Shown one piece after another: positions 50,772-64,000 of a stretch of 64,000 nt of DNA; the first letter of the stretch is position 1; the number at the start of each line of letters is the position of its first letter. The notes under the pieces are model-generated. The model made no database searches. It worked only from the letters and a program-made list of their open reading frames with translations, and was not told where the DNA came from. The translations under genes were made by a program, and so were the position numbers. The DNA is from Octopus sinensis. Lineage: Eukaryota. The stretch covers positions 6,944,001 through 7,008,000 of the forward strand of contig NC_043018.1 in the NCBI RefSeq assembly GCF_006345805.1. The letters are read 5' to 3'.

Positions 50772-51704
50772 GCCAGGCAAAATGCTTAACAGTATTTCAT
50801 CTGTCTGCACATTCTGAGCTCAAATCTCACTGAAGTAGACTTTGCCTTTCATCTTTTCGGGGTCGATAAAATAAAATAACTAGTAATGCAATGGAGTCGA
50901 TGTAATTAACTTGTCCTTGTTCCACCAAATTTCAGGCCTTGTGCCTTTAGTAGAAAGGATTATTATTATTATTATTATCAATATTATTTCTCTTTTTATT
51001 TTTTATTTTTGTCATCATCATCATCATTATTATCTATGATATTTTCATTATTTTCTTCCATTCTATTTTAAAAATGCCCTAAAAAATATTTAAAAAAAAA
51101 GAACAATGGCTTTTATTCTTTCTTAGTTCGAAACTAGGAAAAATAAAACATTCTTGAATTTTGGGTTTTTCCTTGTTTTTTTGTTTTGATTTGTTTTTTT
51201 TGTTTTTTCATTTTAAAATTAGGTGTTGAATTTTTGAATTTAAAAGCTTTATTTTAATGGAGTCCGCTTTCGTAGCTGTATTCACCCATTCACTCAATCA
51301 TTCATTCCCTTTTATTTATGAATTTAGATAATATTTGTTTTTTTTTGTATTCTTGGAATATTTTTGCTGTGTGTATTTCTTGCTTCTATTTAATGTGACA
51401 TATTTTATTCATGTGACTAATTCACAATAATGCAAATGTTGTACTTGGAGCTGTTGTTGTTGTTGCCGTTGCTGTTGATTTGAATGTTGTTGATATTAAT
51501 GTTGTATTTGTTGTTGTTCTCCTTGTTATTGCTGTAGTAATATCAGTTGTTCCTCTTCTACTCAGCCCTCGTGGTGGTGGTAGCAGCTCTTGTTCTCGTG
51601 GTTATGTTCGATGTCATTGTTGTTGTTGCTCTTCTTTTTCTTCAACATTGATGTTATAAACCCCACCACCCACACCACCAATTCAACCCCTTTTCTTCGT
51701 CTTC

Positions 51705-52070
51705 TTCTTATAATAATAATATCATAATAATAAAAATATGATAATAATAATAATATAATAATAAAAATAATATAATAATAATATGATGATAATAATAATG
51801 ATATAATAATAATAATATAATAATAATATAATAATAATAAAAATATAATAATAATAATAATATGATGATAATAATAATGATATAATAATAATAATAATAA
51901 TAATATAATAATTATAATAATAATAAAAATAATAATAATAATAATATAAAAATAATAATATAATGATAATAATAAAAATAATAATAAAAATACTATTATT
52001 ATTTTTATTATTTCTATCATTATTGTCATTATTAATATTATCATTATTATTATTATTATTATTATTCTTT
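51705..52070. repeat. (TAA)n / (ATT)n degenerate microsatellite
   Basis: Direct reading. Confidence 0.9.
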
Positions 52071-53619
52071 TCTCCTTCCTCCCCAACTCTTTATGGTGGT
52101 GTTTGTTGTTTTTATACTCTTTTGCTGCTGATTTTGCAGTTGGCTTTGGAGTTGTTGCTACTGTTGTTGTTGCTGTTTTTGTCAGTGTGACTGCACTGTA
52201 GTTATAGACAACAACAAAACATAAACATTCCACTAGAATTAAGCAATCAAATAATTTAAGCAAAATAAATAATTCCTTTATTGAGTTTGATTATTTGTAT
52301 TCCCAATATTCAATCAACTGAATTACTTATTCAGTGAATGCATGCATGTATGTGCCAGAGTATTCCACAGATACTCATGCATTTGACATAGTTATCCAGC
52401 AGAATCAGTAGAATGGGCTGAATGACAAGGTTGGCCTCTCAAATCACACATGCACACTCACACAATATATATCTATTTCTTTACTGCCCACAAGGGGCTA
52501 AACACAGAGAGGAAAAACAAGGACATACAAACAGATTAAGTCGATTATATTGACCCCAGTGCGTAACTGGTACTTATTTGATCGACTCCGAAAGGATGAA
52601 AGGCAAAGTTGACCTCGGTGGAATTTGAACTCAGAACGTAGTGGCAGGCAAAATATTGCTAAGCATTTCGCCCGGTATGCTAATGATTCTGCCAGCTCAC
52701 AGCCTTCAAATATACCCACACAATAGATATATATATCATCATCATCGTTTAATGTCTGCTTTCCATGCTCGCATGGGTTGGACGATTTGACTGAGGGCTG
52801 GTGAACCAGATGGCTGCACCAAGCTTCAATCTTGATCTGGCAGAGTTTCTACAGCTGGATGCCCTTCCTAACGCCAACCACTCCAAGAGTGTAGTGGGTG
52901 CTTTTACGTGCTACCAGCACGGGGCCAGTAAGGCAGTACTGACAATGATCACGCTTGAATGGTGTCTTTTACATGCCACCGGCACGGAGGCCAGATATCT
53001 GCTCTCTGGCAATGATCACACTCAGTTGGTGTTATATATATATATATATATATAATATAGATATATATAGATATATATAGATATAGATATATATAGATAT
53101 ATATATATATAGATATATATAGATATATATATAATATATATATATATATAGATATATATATATATATAGAGAGAGAGGGGTGATCTAGTTGAGTAGACAG
53201 CCATTCTTTACCTCATGGAATTGATCCCCTGTTAAGACATCAGAGTCTATTACCCGTGAACACAATGCACCACTCAGTCTAGGAATTGAAATCATGATCC
53301 CCAGATTGTGAGTGCAATACCATAACCACTCATCCATGTGCCCTTTCTCTCTCTCTCATGCAGACACACACACATACACATATACATATATACACAGATA
53401 TATATGTATGTATATGAACATTTGTAGGAGGGGAAGAGTTAATACAAAAAGCAAAAGAGAAAATATGAATTATGAGAAAATATGATGTGAATTGCTATCA
53501 TAGAAAAAAACGAAAGGTGTTGGTAATTTCCATGAATGCAAATGCAAACTGGAAGACCTAAATCACAGATACAATTCACCTGACAGGTTTCCATTAGCAA
53601 ATCTCTTCCATATCGTTTG

Positions 53620-53990
53620 TGTTAACCTAGAGCTATCATTAACAACACTGTCAAACAGTGGGGTCAAAAATGGCAGCTGAAGATTGTGGAACAAAGTGCT
53701 TAGGAACCTGGCAATGATTGAATTCGAATACTGTGTCTGTTTTTTGGAGGATGAATAGTTTATCAGGCAGTAAGTCAGTGACAATACTTCCAGACAGGAA
53801 AGCTTCTGTTGCAGGTTAAAAGAAAAATGAAAGCTTGCCTGGCAATGTCAAGTATTCTGCTACAGCACCCTGTCGAAAACAAATCTTCGGGACACAGTTG
53901 TGGGATGGTGAAAGGGACACAGATGGGGAAAATCTTGGTTTGACAACATGAAGGACTGAGATCCTGCTATGCATGACAGAAACAGTGACC
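53620..53990 (+). pseudogene. Old RTE-type LINE C-terminal relic
   Basis: KTNLRDTVVGW*KGHRWGKSWFDNMKD resembles the RTE ILQGTVEG.R.RGR.RKSW.DN motif. Confidence 0.55.
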
Positions 53991-54004
53991 AGCAGCAACA
54001 AGTG

Positions 54005-54385
54005 GAGGCGCAATGGCCCAGTGGTTAGGGCAGTGGACTCGTGGTCGGAGGATCGCGGTTTCGATTCCCAGACCGAGCGTTGTGTGTGTTTATTGAGCGA
54101 AAATAGCTAAAGCTCCACGAGGCTCCAGCAGGGGCTAGTGGCGACCCCTGTTGTACTCTTTCACCCCAACTTTCTCTCACTCTTTCTCCCTGTTTCTTAT
54201 CCCCGACTTCCTACGCAACCGCTGAGCCTGGATGCACACTCATCCATCCATCAATGCTCTCCATGTTGGGGGTTGACCTGCTTTCTCTTCTGTGGGTCTT
54301 ACGAATAGCAAAGGCCCATGTTTCGGACTTCTCCCAAGAGGACAAAGATTGCTTCGCTCAACAAACAAACAAACAAGCAGCAACA
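54005..54385 (+). mobile_element. SINE family C, full length
   Basis: GAGGCGCAATGGCCCAGTGG...GGTTTCGATTCCC; (ACAA)n tail. Confidence 0.88.
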
Positions 54386-57300
54386 GCTGACTACAAAAGA
54401 GACTTGAGTGGCAACCCGGTGACTGCATGCACTAATTAAGGGAACCTGGTGATGGTGGTGGTGGTGGTGGTGGTGATGATGATAATGATGATTTGGTAAT
54501 ATATAAGATCTTTTATCTTTTATTGGTTTCAGTCATTATCCTGGGGCCATGCTGAGGCAGCACCTTGAAGAAGTTTTAGTCGAATGAATCAACACCAGGA
54601 CTTAATTTTTTGGCTAAACCTGGCACTTATTCTATTGGCCTCTTTTGCCAAACTGCTAAGTTATAGGGACATGAATGCATCAACACTGGTTGTCAAACAA
54701 AGGTGGGGACCAGATGAGGCTCTGTAGTAAGAAGCTTGCTTCCCAACCACACGGGTCTGGGTTCAGTCCCACTGCTTGGCACCTTGGGCAAGTGTCTTCT
54801 ATTACAACCAAAGCCTTGTGAATGGATTTGGTAGACGGAAACTGAAAGAAGCCTGTTGAATATATATCTATGTGTATGTATTTATGTGTGTGTGTCTTTG
54901 TGTATGTATTTGTTCACCCCTGCCATCATTTGACAACCAAAGCTAGTGTGCTTTCGTCCCTGTAACTTAGTGGTCCAGCAAAAGAGACTGATAGAATGAG
55001 TCCTAGGTTTACAAAGAATAAGTTCTGGGTCGATTTATTCAACTTTAAGGTGGTGCTCTAGCATGGCCACAGTCAAATGACTGAAACAAGTAAAAGAATA
55101 TACATGGCATCCATGGTAGTGGAGTGCTAAGAGTACCATATGAGTATGATCGTTGCCAGAGCAACAGGCTGCCCTCCATGCCGGTGGCACATAAAAATCA
55201 CCTTTCGACCCTGATTGTTACCTACGTTGCCTTACTGGCACTTGTGCTGGTGGCAAGTGAAAAAACATTTGAGCGAGGTCGTTGCCAGTGCCACTGGATT
55301 GACTCCTGTGCAGGTGGCACATAGAAAGCACCATTTGAGCATGGCCGTTGCCAGTACTGCCTGACTGGCCCTCGTGCCAGTGGCACGTAAAAGCATCCAC
55401 TACACTCTCAGAGTGGTTGGTGTTAGGAAGAGCATCCAGCTCTGGAAACTCTGCTAGATCAGATTGGCATCTGGGGCAGCCATCTGGTTCGCCAGTCCTC
55501 TGTCAAATCGTCCAGCCCATGCTAGCATGGAAAGCGGACGTTAAACAATGATGATGATGATGGGCTTTTCACAGTTTTTATCTATCAACTACACTCATGA
55601 GGCTTTGGTTGGCCTGAGGCTATAGTAAAAGACACTTGCCCAAGGTACCACACAGTGGGACTGAACCTGGAACCATGTGGTTGGGAAGCAATCTTCCTAC
55701 TACACATGTACTCTATGCATGGTTTCTGCACCAAAATGTCTCAAAGAATTACCCTGAGGTAAGCTGACTGTATTGATCTTAGTGCTCAATGGGTTTTTAT
55801 TTTATTGACCCTGGAAAAATGAAAGGCAAAGTCAACCTTGGTGACATTGGGTGCAGAACATAAGAACAGACGAAGAAGCCACTAGTCATTTTGCTCTACA
55901 TGTTAACTATTGTATTTCTTTACTACCCACACAGGGCTAAACACAGAGAGGACAAACAAGGAAAGAGAAGCGGATTAAGTCAATTATATCGACACCAGTG
56001 CATAACTGGTACTTATTTAATCGACCCTGAAAGGATGAAAGGCAAAGTCGACCTCAGCGGAATTTGAACTCAGAACGTAACGGCAGACGAAATACGACTA
56101 CACATTTCACCCGGCGTGCTAACGATTCTGCCAGCTCACTGCCTTAAGAATGCTTTAAATACTGGTTTCAAATTGTGGCACAAGACCAGCATTTTGGGGC
56201 TGGGGCCAAATCAATTAAATCAATCCCAGTGCGCAACTGGTATTTATTTTATCAACCCCAAAAGGATGAAAGTTAAAGTCACCCTCAACAGAATTATGCA
56301 TTTTAAGGCCATCTCTACAGATTTTCTATAGAAATCATAACCAGCTCTGATTTTGTTATTATGTTTCGTATCCATTCTTTGTTTACATCTGATGTCTCAG
56401 ATATGAAACACTGTAATAAAATCAGTGGGTAGTGTTAGGATGGACATCCAACCATAAAAACCCTGCCATAACAAACAAAGTAGTGTGGTGCATGCTCCTG
56501 CCTGCCTGGCTCCTGAAAAACTGACTGACACATGTCAGTATGGAAGGTGGATGTTAGACGATGATGATGATGATACTACAAAACTAATGTTGGATGAGGT
56601 TTTGTCAGTGCCTATGTCTCTTGAAAAACTACTGGCACCTTCTTGAGGCTGGATTTCTTCATATGGTAAAAATTTATAATTTTCCAAAAAATAAAAATAA
56701 TAACAAATAAACCCACAACTTTTATTTTTTTACTTGTTTCAGTCATTTGACTGCAGCCATGAAGGGGCATCACTTTTATTCAAACAAATCGACCCTGGGA
56801 CTTATTCTTCATAAGCCTTGTACTTATTCTATCGGTCACTTTTGCCGAACCGCTAATTTACATCGGTTGTCAAGTGATGGTGGTGGGGACAAACACAGAC
56901 ACAAATACATACACACATATATATTCGGTGGACTTCTTTTGGTTTCTGTCTAAGAATTCTACTAAGGTTTTGGTTGACCTGAGGCTATAGTAGAAGACAC
57001 TTGCCCAAGGTGCCACGCAGTGGGACTGAACCCAGACCCATGTGGTTGGGAAGCATGCTTCTTACCACACAGCCACGTCTGCACCTATGTTTTCAGTGCA
57101 GGCATGGCTATGTGGTTAAGAAGCTTGCTTTGCAACCATGTGGTTTCTGGTTCAGTCCCACTGGGCATTACCTTGGGCAAATGTCTTCTGCTGTAGCTCC
57201 AGAATGACCAATGCCTTGTGAATGTATTTGGTAGATGGAAACTGTGGATCCCATGGTAAAGGTGCATGCATGTGTGTGCATTTGTGTCTTAATGTCTGTG

Positions 57301-57769
57301 TTTGTTCCTCTCCACCACTTGACAACCATTGTTGGTTTGTTTGCATCCCTGTAACTTAGCAGTTCAGCAATAGTGACAATAGAATAAGTATCAAACTTAA
57401 AAACAAACATCAGAGTTGATTCGTTCAACTAAAACCCTTCAAGGTGGTGCCCCAGCATGACCATAGTCTAATGACCAAAACAAATAAAAGATAAAATACA
57501 ACATATTTTAAAATATTTTTCAAAAATTCTTCCAATCGCATCTGTGTTTCTTCAAACAAGTCCAAGAACACATTGGAAACTAATAACCGTTCATAATGCA
57601 GACACTTTTCTAATAATGTCACTAATACTTCAGAGAAAACTAACTCTGCTACTAAATGTGGTGCTAATAATTTACAACCAAAAGAAAGAACTATGAACCT
57701 AAAAATGTCTGCTAGTGTAGAATCTTTGGCATTATTGCGACCATTTAAAGACTGTAAAGATAATTTTCT

Positions 57770-58250
57770 TGCCAATTCTAAATGCAGATGAATAAATCCA
57801 ACCAAAAGGGAAATGGTTAGAATCCGTAAAAACGGTTTATATTCATCATTGTTAGCATTAAAACATATCGCTTCTTTTCTGTTATGGAATTATGGTGTAT
57901 CTATCATCAATTGCGCCGGTAATCTAGATAATAAGCACCTTTGAGAATATATGCATGCAGATCGATGACATAAAAGACTTCTACCTGGATATAACCAAAT
58001 CCATTCTTCCGAAAGATTTAGAATTCTATAGAGGTTTTATTCCAATTAGTGACAAAGGCATTAATGTTATTGTCCTAGTTAACAAATCTTTGCTATTTTA
58101 TGGCCATTCTTTATGGCTTAAATTCAGTGTCCTGGTATTATTTGAAGTAGCTATGGGGATTGTAAGCTGCGACGGAGGATTGGAAATTAATAGAACTGCA
58201 AATCGCATTTCAGACATCTTCCAAAAGAGATTCTGCACTGGCAACCAATT
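57770..58250 (+). pseudogene. Penelope-like element relic 3 (RT fragment)
   Basis: NSKCR*INPTKREM; DIKDFYLDITKSIL; NKSLLFYGHSLWLK; FEVAMG; DGGL, matching PLE RT motifs (FYPSI, KSLLF, FDVTMG, DDGL). Confidence 0.65.
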
Positions 58251-58516
58251 ATGTTTTGATGTACTGTTGGTCATTCATATTTCGATGTTTCTTTTGCTTG
58301 TTTCAGTCATTGGACTGCAGCCATGCTTGAGCATTGTCCTGAAGTGCTTTAGCTGAACAAATTGGCCCAAGCGCTTATCAGTGTGGCCTTTTTTTTTGTT
58401 TTTGATCTGGTACTTATATTATCGGTCACTTTTGCCAAACTGCTAAGTTACAGGGTGACACAAACAAACCCATATTTGTTGTCAAGCAGTGAGGGCAGGT
58501 AACAGACACACACATA

Positions 58517-58550
<34 letters not shown>

Positions 58551-58642
58551 TTCAGTAAAATTTAGATTCAAATGAATATGGTACTTAAGTTAGATACACC
58601 AGTATTTTGTATGGTGTTATCCATATAAATCCATGGGGAGAT

Positions 58643-58819
58643 TATAATCAAAATAAGCAACAAGAATAACTTCGATAATTTGGTACGATCATTTCACGCT
58701 GCATCATTTTATTAAATTTAATAACATTTAATAAAATTTACAACATTTAATAAAATGATGCAGTGTGAAACAATCGTACCAAATCACCAAAGTTATTCTT
58801 GTTGCTTATTTTGATTATA
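58643..58819. repeat. Palindrome with 75-bp arms
   Basis: TATAATCAAAATAAGCAACAAGAATAACTT...GCATCATTTTATTAAAT mirrored at 58745-58819. Confidence 0.9.
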
Positions 58820-59039
58820 TATATATACATACACACACATTTTTATGTGTGTGTGCAAGGCATGCCTGTGTAGTAAGAAGCTTACTTTACAAACCACATA
58901 ATTCTGGGTTCAGGATACGTGGATGGGTGTTGGATGAATAGATAGTTTTTTTGTTTGCTTTTTTCCTTTGCACACACATATACACATTGCATACTTGCAA
59001 CGAGACAGGTTGTATTTTGTATGTTTGGGATCGTCTTGA

Positions 59040-59300
59040 AAATGGAAAACCAATATGAATGTTATTGACATATCAAGCTTTTTTATTTTCAAAAAAGGCA
59101 ATAAAGCATTGGTAACTTGCAGGAAGATATGTGATGTGTATGGAAAGAACACGTGTGGCAGAAGTGGTTTACAAGATTTCAATCAGGAGATGCTTCCATT
59201 CAAGATGCATTTCACTCTGACCAACCAACCGAGGTTAACACTGGCAAAATAAAGGAGTTAATCAAGACCTCCCTCTGGTATAAGACCAAGATGATTGTGG
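59040..59300 (+). pseudogene. Mariner transposase N-terminal (HTH) relic
   Basis: FKKGNKALVTCRKICDVYG; QKWFTRFQSGDASIQD...SDQPTEV. Confidence 0.7.
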
Positions 59301-59476
59301 ATATGAGTGTTGAAAATCACTTGCAAAAAAATTGTTTACATCAGTATGCTTCATGTTTGGGTCCCATGTGGGAGAGATTGCTCAGCTCTGCCTAACTGAG
59401 ATTCAAAATCGAATCCACACACTGGTCAGATGAATGTCAGATTGCATGGTGTTTTAACTCCATGATGGGAGATTAA

Positions 59477-59699
59477 CCCTTTAGTGTTAACATTATTCTG
59501 CCAAAACTAATGCTTTTTCATCCACATTGTTTTGAACTAATCAGGCATTATCTTGTAGTTATGAGATTTTGATGAGGTGGCTGTTAATTTTTAAGATGAT
59601 ATTGTAGGGTTGGTGTCAGAGAGACCAGATATGGCCAGTTTGAACATAAAACAATCAGAATACTTTTGGCCGGGTATGGCCGGTTTAAATGCTAAAGGG
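59477..59699. mobile_element. piggyBac-type MITE
   Basis: TTAA|CCCTTTAG...CTAAAGGG|TTAA. Confidence 0.85.
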
Positions 59700-60469
59700 T
59701 TAATGAGAATCACCTGACTGCCTAGGACCTTTGCTAGTCACTGAAGGGCCAGTCTTTTGTTTTAGGTTTGACCTACTTCCTGGCCATACCCTTTATAACT
59801 GACAGCATTTCTCTCTTCTCACCCTCTTTGGTTCAACCAGCTAATAGAGGGCACCCATCTCTATTTGTGTTAGTCGTTAACCAGGAACTATAGAATCAGC
59901 TGAATGGTAAGGGACAATGTAATCCTTACCTGTTCTTCCTCTCTGTCAGCAGAACATACAAGCCACCAATTCTTCATTACTATTACCAATTATTCTTCTG
60001 TATATTTTACTAATCGTGACGTTGGCATGTGTAAAAAGATTCGAGTGAGGTTGTTGCCAGTACCGCCTGAGCGGCCCCCGTGCCAGTGGTGCATAAAAGC
60101 GCCCACTACACTCTTGGAGTGGTTGGCGTTAGGAAGGGCATCCAGCTGTAGAAACTTTGCCAGATCAAGACTGGTGCCTGGTGAAGCCATCTGGTTTGCC
60201 AGCCCTCAGTCAAACCATCCAACCCATGCTAGCATGGAAAGCAGACGTTAAACGATGATAATGATGATGACTGCTGGCAAATAAATATTGTGAATATTAT
60301 TCCTTTCCCCTTTGATCTTGTTACACTGTTTCATTCTGATATGGAACAAGAAACATTATTTGTACATTAAGTAACTTTTCATCTGTGTGATACAATTGGC
60401 ACCTCCGACGTGAGAACCTTGTATTCGTACATTACATCTAGTAACCCTCCATGTACACACACATCTCTC

Positions 60470-60697
60470 CATTACACCCATCAACGAAAAACCTGGCTGA
60501 TGACAGTCAAGGCTGATCTGGAACCCAACCTAGGCCCCCATATCTACGGCGTTCGCCGCTGGAATAAGGAGTGGTTGGCGATCACGCGGTCATTAGCCTC
60601 AAATCGCCAGGCCTGGTCGGCGTTTGTGGGAGATGCAGCATTGAGGATGAATGAAGCCAGCTCAACCCACCCCGGGCGATTGCTGTAAGAAGAAGAT
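60470..60697 (+). pseudogene. 3' end of another RTE-like LINE
   Basis: QRKTWLMTVKADL...GVRRWNKEW...ASNRQAWSAFV, then stop and a short (AAG)n tail. Confidence 0.65.
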
Positions 60698-60819
60698 GAC
60701 ACCCACATCAACTGAACGAAGCTAACCTTACCTGACACATTCCTATCTGGAATTCATTGCAGAAATATTAAGAAAATGGCATTTCTTGAAGAGAATGATG
60801 ACAGGGAATAAAAAAATAT

Positions 60820-61860
60820 TCTGAGTCTGAAGGGGAGTAAACCAATCTCAAATGCTTGCATCTCATTGTCTGGTACTGCAAGCTGATTTAGGTGTATTTA
60901 CATCATTTGTCTACAGTGAGAAATTTTCTCGATGACTGGCATCTGCTAGCAAGGTGCAAAGAGCACCATACGAGTGTGATCATTGACAGAGCGGCTAACC
61001 AGCTTCAGTGCAAGTGGCACTTAAAAGGCACCATTCGAGCGTGATTGTTACCAGTGTCGCCTTACTGGCACTCGAGCCTCATGCTAGTAGGGTATTAAGA
61101 GCAGCTATCTGGCCTCTCTGCCGGTGGCACGTAAAAGACACCATTCGAGCGTGATCATTACCAGCATCGCCTTACTGGCACCTGTGCCGGTGGCATGTGC
61201 AAAAGATTCAAGTGAGGTTGTTGCTAGTACCGCCTGACTGGCCCCGTGCCAGTGACATGTAAAAAGCACCCACTACACTCACGGAGTGGTTGGCATTAGG
61301 AAGGGCATCCAGCTGTAGAAACTCTGCCAGATCAAGATTGGAGCCTGGTGCAGCCATCTGGTTCACCAGCCCTCAGTCATTTGTGCAACCCATGCTAGCA
61401 TGGAAAGCGGATGTTAAATGATGATGATGACGACAGAACACAACACAGTAAATGGCTTGTTTACAAATGCGAACTCGCCACTGGCATATTCAAACTGGTA
61501 ACAAGATTGTATTTCTACTCATGACTGCTTAGCACTCCCGTCTCGTAATTCATTTATGGTGAGCCACCGATTAGCACTACCAGTCATCGTACGATGACTG
61601 CAATATCATAAGAGAGACCATCTCCCTTGTCAGCTTGCAGTGCCCGCTGTCCAGTTTCTGTGACTGAAGAGGAGATAACCACTCCAAAATGCTTGCATCT
61701 CACAGTCTGGATAGGTGGCGCTGCAAGCTGATTTAGGTGTATTTACACCATATGTCTACAGCAAGAAATTTTCTCCATCACAAAACACAACGAATGGCTT
61801 GCTTACAGATTCAAACATGCCACAAACGTATTTGAACTGGAAATAACATTGCATTTATAA
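60820..61860 (+). mobile_element. Tandem direct repeat with a hammerhead at each repeat start (retrozyme/pLTR-like), interrupted by an RTE tail (60931-61430)
   Basis: 60820-60930 plus 61433-61520 repeats at 61660-61860; shared AATGCTTGCATCTCA and CTGCAAGCTGATTTAGGTGTATTTACA. Confidence 0.7.
61651..61710 (+). ncRNA. Type I hammerhead motif with one core mutation (G12A)
   Basis: Stem I CTGTGA/TCACAG (+CCAG/CTGG), CTGAAGA, stem II GGAG/CTCC, AAAA for GAAA, stem III TGC-TT-GCA, AUC triplet. Confidence 0.7.
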
Positions 61861-61924
61861 CAATGAAAAGCACACACAATTATGAGTTAAGTATGGCAAA
61901 CCACAAACAACCTCCAAAGCAGAA

Positions 61925-62372
61925 CTTCACCCAACGATGGTTACGCTTTCGGTATAGTTGGTTTGGAAGGGTGTTGTCTTTTACATACTTCTTCCAATGA
62001 ACTGGACAATCAATTTAGATGTGTATTATGATGACCAACTGGACAAATTAATTGCAGCAATCCACCAGATATGCCCTGCACTTGTTTATCATAACAGCAT
62101 TGTCTTACATTATGAAGGCATTATCTCTTCAAAATTCTTTGAATAGACCGACCTTCATCTCTGACGAGGACATAGAAATTCACCTGGAAGAGTTCTTCAC
62201 CAGTGAAGACAGGAAATTCTTTGAGCAGAGCATAATGGATATGCCTGCAAGATGGCAGAAGATACTGGAATGAAACGGCAATTACATCATTGATAGAATA
62301 AATAGCTTTGTGTTTAAAACTTGTCTTATTTTCCCTTACAAATGCCAACAAACTTTGTGGCCAACCCAAAGA
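61925..62372 (+). pseudogene. Mariner transposase C-terminal relic with right TIR
   Basis: WKGVVFYILLPMN.TIN.DVY; LQNSLN...FFEQSIMDMPARWQKIL; ends TTTGTGGCCAACCCAA. Confidence 0.8.
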
Positions 62373-62577
62373 GAGAAAGAAAAATGTGTGAATACAAATA
62401 AATGAGAAATAAGTGGAGGGAGAGAGAAAAATGAGAAAATGCAGCCACACATGCATACACACACATACTCACACGCATATATGCACTTACAGGGATACAC
62501 ATGTGCAGACAATCACACATACTCACACACAAACAGTGATACACATGCACTCATGCATTACACATATACATATATAT

Positions 62578-62975
62578 TTCTTTATTACCCACAAGGGGCT
62601 AAACACAGAGGGGACAAACAAGGACAGGCAAAGGGATTAAGTCGATTACGTCGACTCCAGTGCGTAACTGGTACTTAATTTATCGACCCCGAAAGGATGA
62701 AAGGCAAAGTCGACCTCGGCGGAATTTGAACTCAGAATGTAATGGCAGACGAAATACTTATTTCTTTACTACCCACAAGAGGCTACACACAGAAAGGACA
62801 AACAAGGACAGACAAATGGATTAAGTCGATTACATCGACCCCAGTGCATAACTGGTACTTAATTTATCGACCTCGAAAGGATGAAAGGCAAAGTCGACCT
62901 CGGCGGAATTTGAACTCACAACGTAACGACGGATGAAATACTGCAAGGCATTTCGCCCGGTGTACTAACGTTTCT
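62578..62975 (-). mobile_element. SINE family B dimer
   Basis: Minus-strand junction AAAGAAATA|AGTATTTCGTCTGCC at about 62757. Confidence 0.85.
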
Positions 62976-62979
62976 CCCA

Positions 62980-63370
62980 GATACACACACAAACACCCAT
63001 ATACGATGTGTACATGTTTGTATGTGTGTGCATGGAGAAAAGCGTGAAGATATATTTCATATTTCTCTGTGTGTGTGTTAGTTTGTGTGCAAGTATGTTC
63101 GTGGATGTAAGTGTATGTGTATGTGTGTGCATAAGTGTATGTGTATATAAGCAAGTAAGAATGTGTAAATGTTTGTGTGTGTGTGTGTTTTAGATAGTTT
63201 GTGTAATAGCATGTTCCTAAGTGTATGTCTGTATAAGTGTGCCCATGTTTGTGTTTTTGTTGCTTGTGTGTGTGTTAGGTTGTGTATGGACGTTTGTGTA
63301 TGCGTGTATGTATGATTACATGTTTGCGCATGTGTATGTGCTGACATTTGTATGTCCTTCTGTGTGTGTG

Positions 63371-63405
<35 letters not shown>

Positions 63406-64000
63406 CTTCACATGTGTCCTTGTGTGTGTATGTGTGAGTTCCTGCACATGTGTCTCTGTAAGTGCATTTGTTTGTGTGTGCATATGTGTATGTGTGTGCC
63501 TGCATTTGTATGTCCCGATAAGTGCATGTGTGTGTGTACATGCGTGTGTGTGTATGTGTGTGAATGCGTACAATACAAGTGATACCACACACTTCATTAA
63601 TTATCTGAAATGAAATCCTGATGGACTTGGAGGGAATTTGATACTGAAACATACAAACACATGCACTACCATACATACACACACACATTGACAACCACAC
63701 ACACACACATGCACTCCCATACATACACACACACACAAACAGACAACCAACTACACAGACATATGTACATACACACATGAATCTCGGTGCTAGAGTTTCA
63801 AACCAGCTTACAAAAAGAGGATCTTGCCTTTTAATGGAGCAGGATGGACAGACAGACAGACAGACCGAGAGAGGAGGAGGAGAATGAAGAAGAAGAAGAA
63901 GAAGAAAGATGAAGAAGGAGGAGGAGGAGGTGAATGAAGAAGAATGAAGATGATGAAGAAGAATGGTGAAGAAGAAGAATGAAGATGAAGAAGAATGAAG
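62980..64000. repeat. TG/CA and GAA/GGA low-complexity tracts
   Basis: Direct reading. Confidence 0.85.

Noticed and set aside
48523-52263. Poly-I/L/N/Y ORFs
   Set aside because: ATT/TAA microsatellites
60495-60525. CTGATGA followed by a 5-bp hairpin
   Set aside because: No GAAA after the stem; lies in LINE coding sequence
62160-62190. CTGACGA...GAAA
   Set aside because: No stem II; lies within the mariner coding relic

Overview
AT-rich, microsatellite-dense metazoan DNA made up almost entirely of transposable-element relics. The SINE and LINE families and the repeat texture suggest an octopus/cephalopod genome (inference, not a database result). I recognise no host protein-coding gene. 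The only host-like signals are a candidate 23-nt micro-exon ending in ATG (2729-2751) and a few motif-dense non-repeat islands. Most ORFs in the track are microsatellite or low-complexity artefacts. Supported content: (1) a 5'-truncated RTE-clade LINE (43720-46775) with a PHD-type finger inside its reverse transcriptase, plus a dozen or more dispersed copies of its 3' tail and two other RTE relics; (2) three Penelope-like element (PLE) relics, one with RT and GIY-YIG domains still readable; (3) four tRNA-derived SINE families; (4) mariner (DD34D) and maT-like (DD37D) relics, a Merlin transposase relic, Merlin-, piggyBac- and pogo-type MITEs and two non-autonomous Helitrons, often nested; (5) a 4.1-copy array of a ~355 bp unit and several long palindromes; (6) a 100-N assembly gap. 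The most interesting signal is a set of type I hammerhead-ribozyme-like motifs from at least three unrelated families. These include a head-to-head palindromic pair (21599-21764), a minimal family with a shared A6U core change (21093 and 41241), and a tandem direct repeat with a ~340-nt monomer between two hammerheads (60820-61860) that has the layout of a retrozyme, a circular-RNA-producing element. All ribozyme folds were assigned by eye and most copies carry core mutations.
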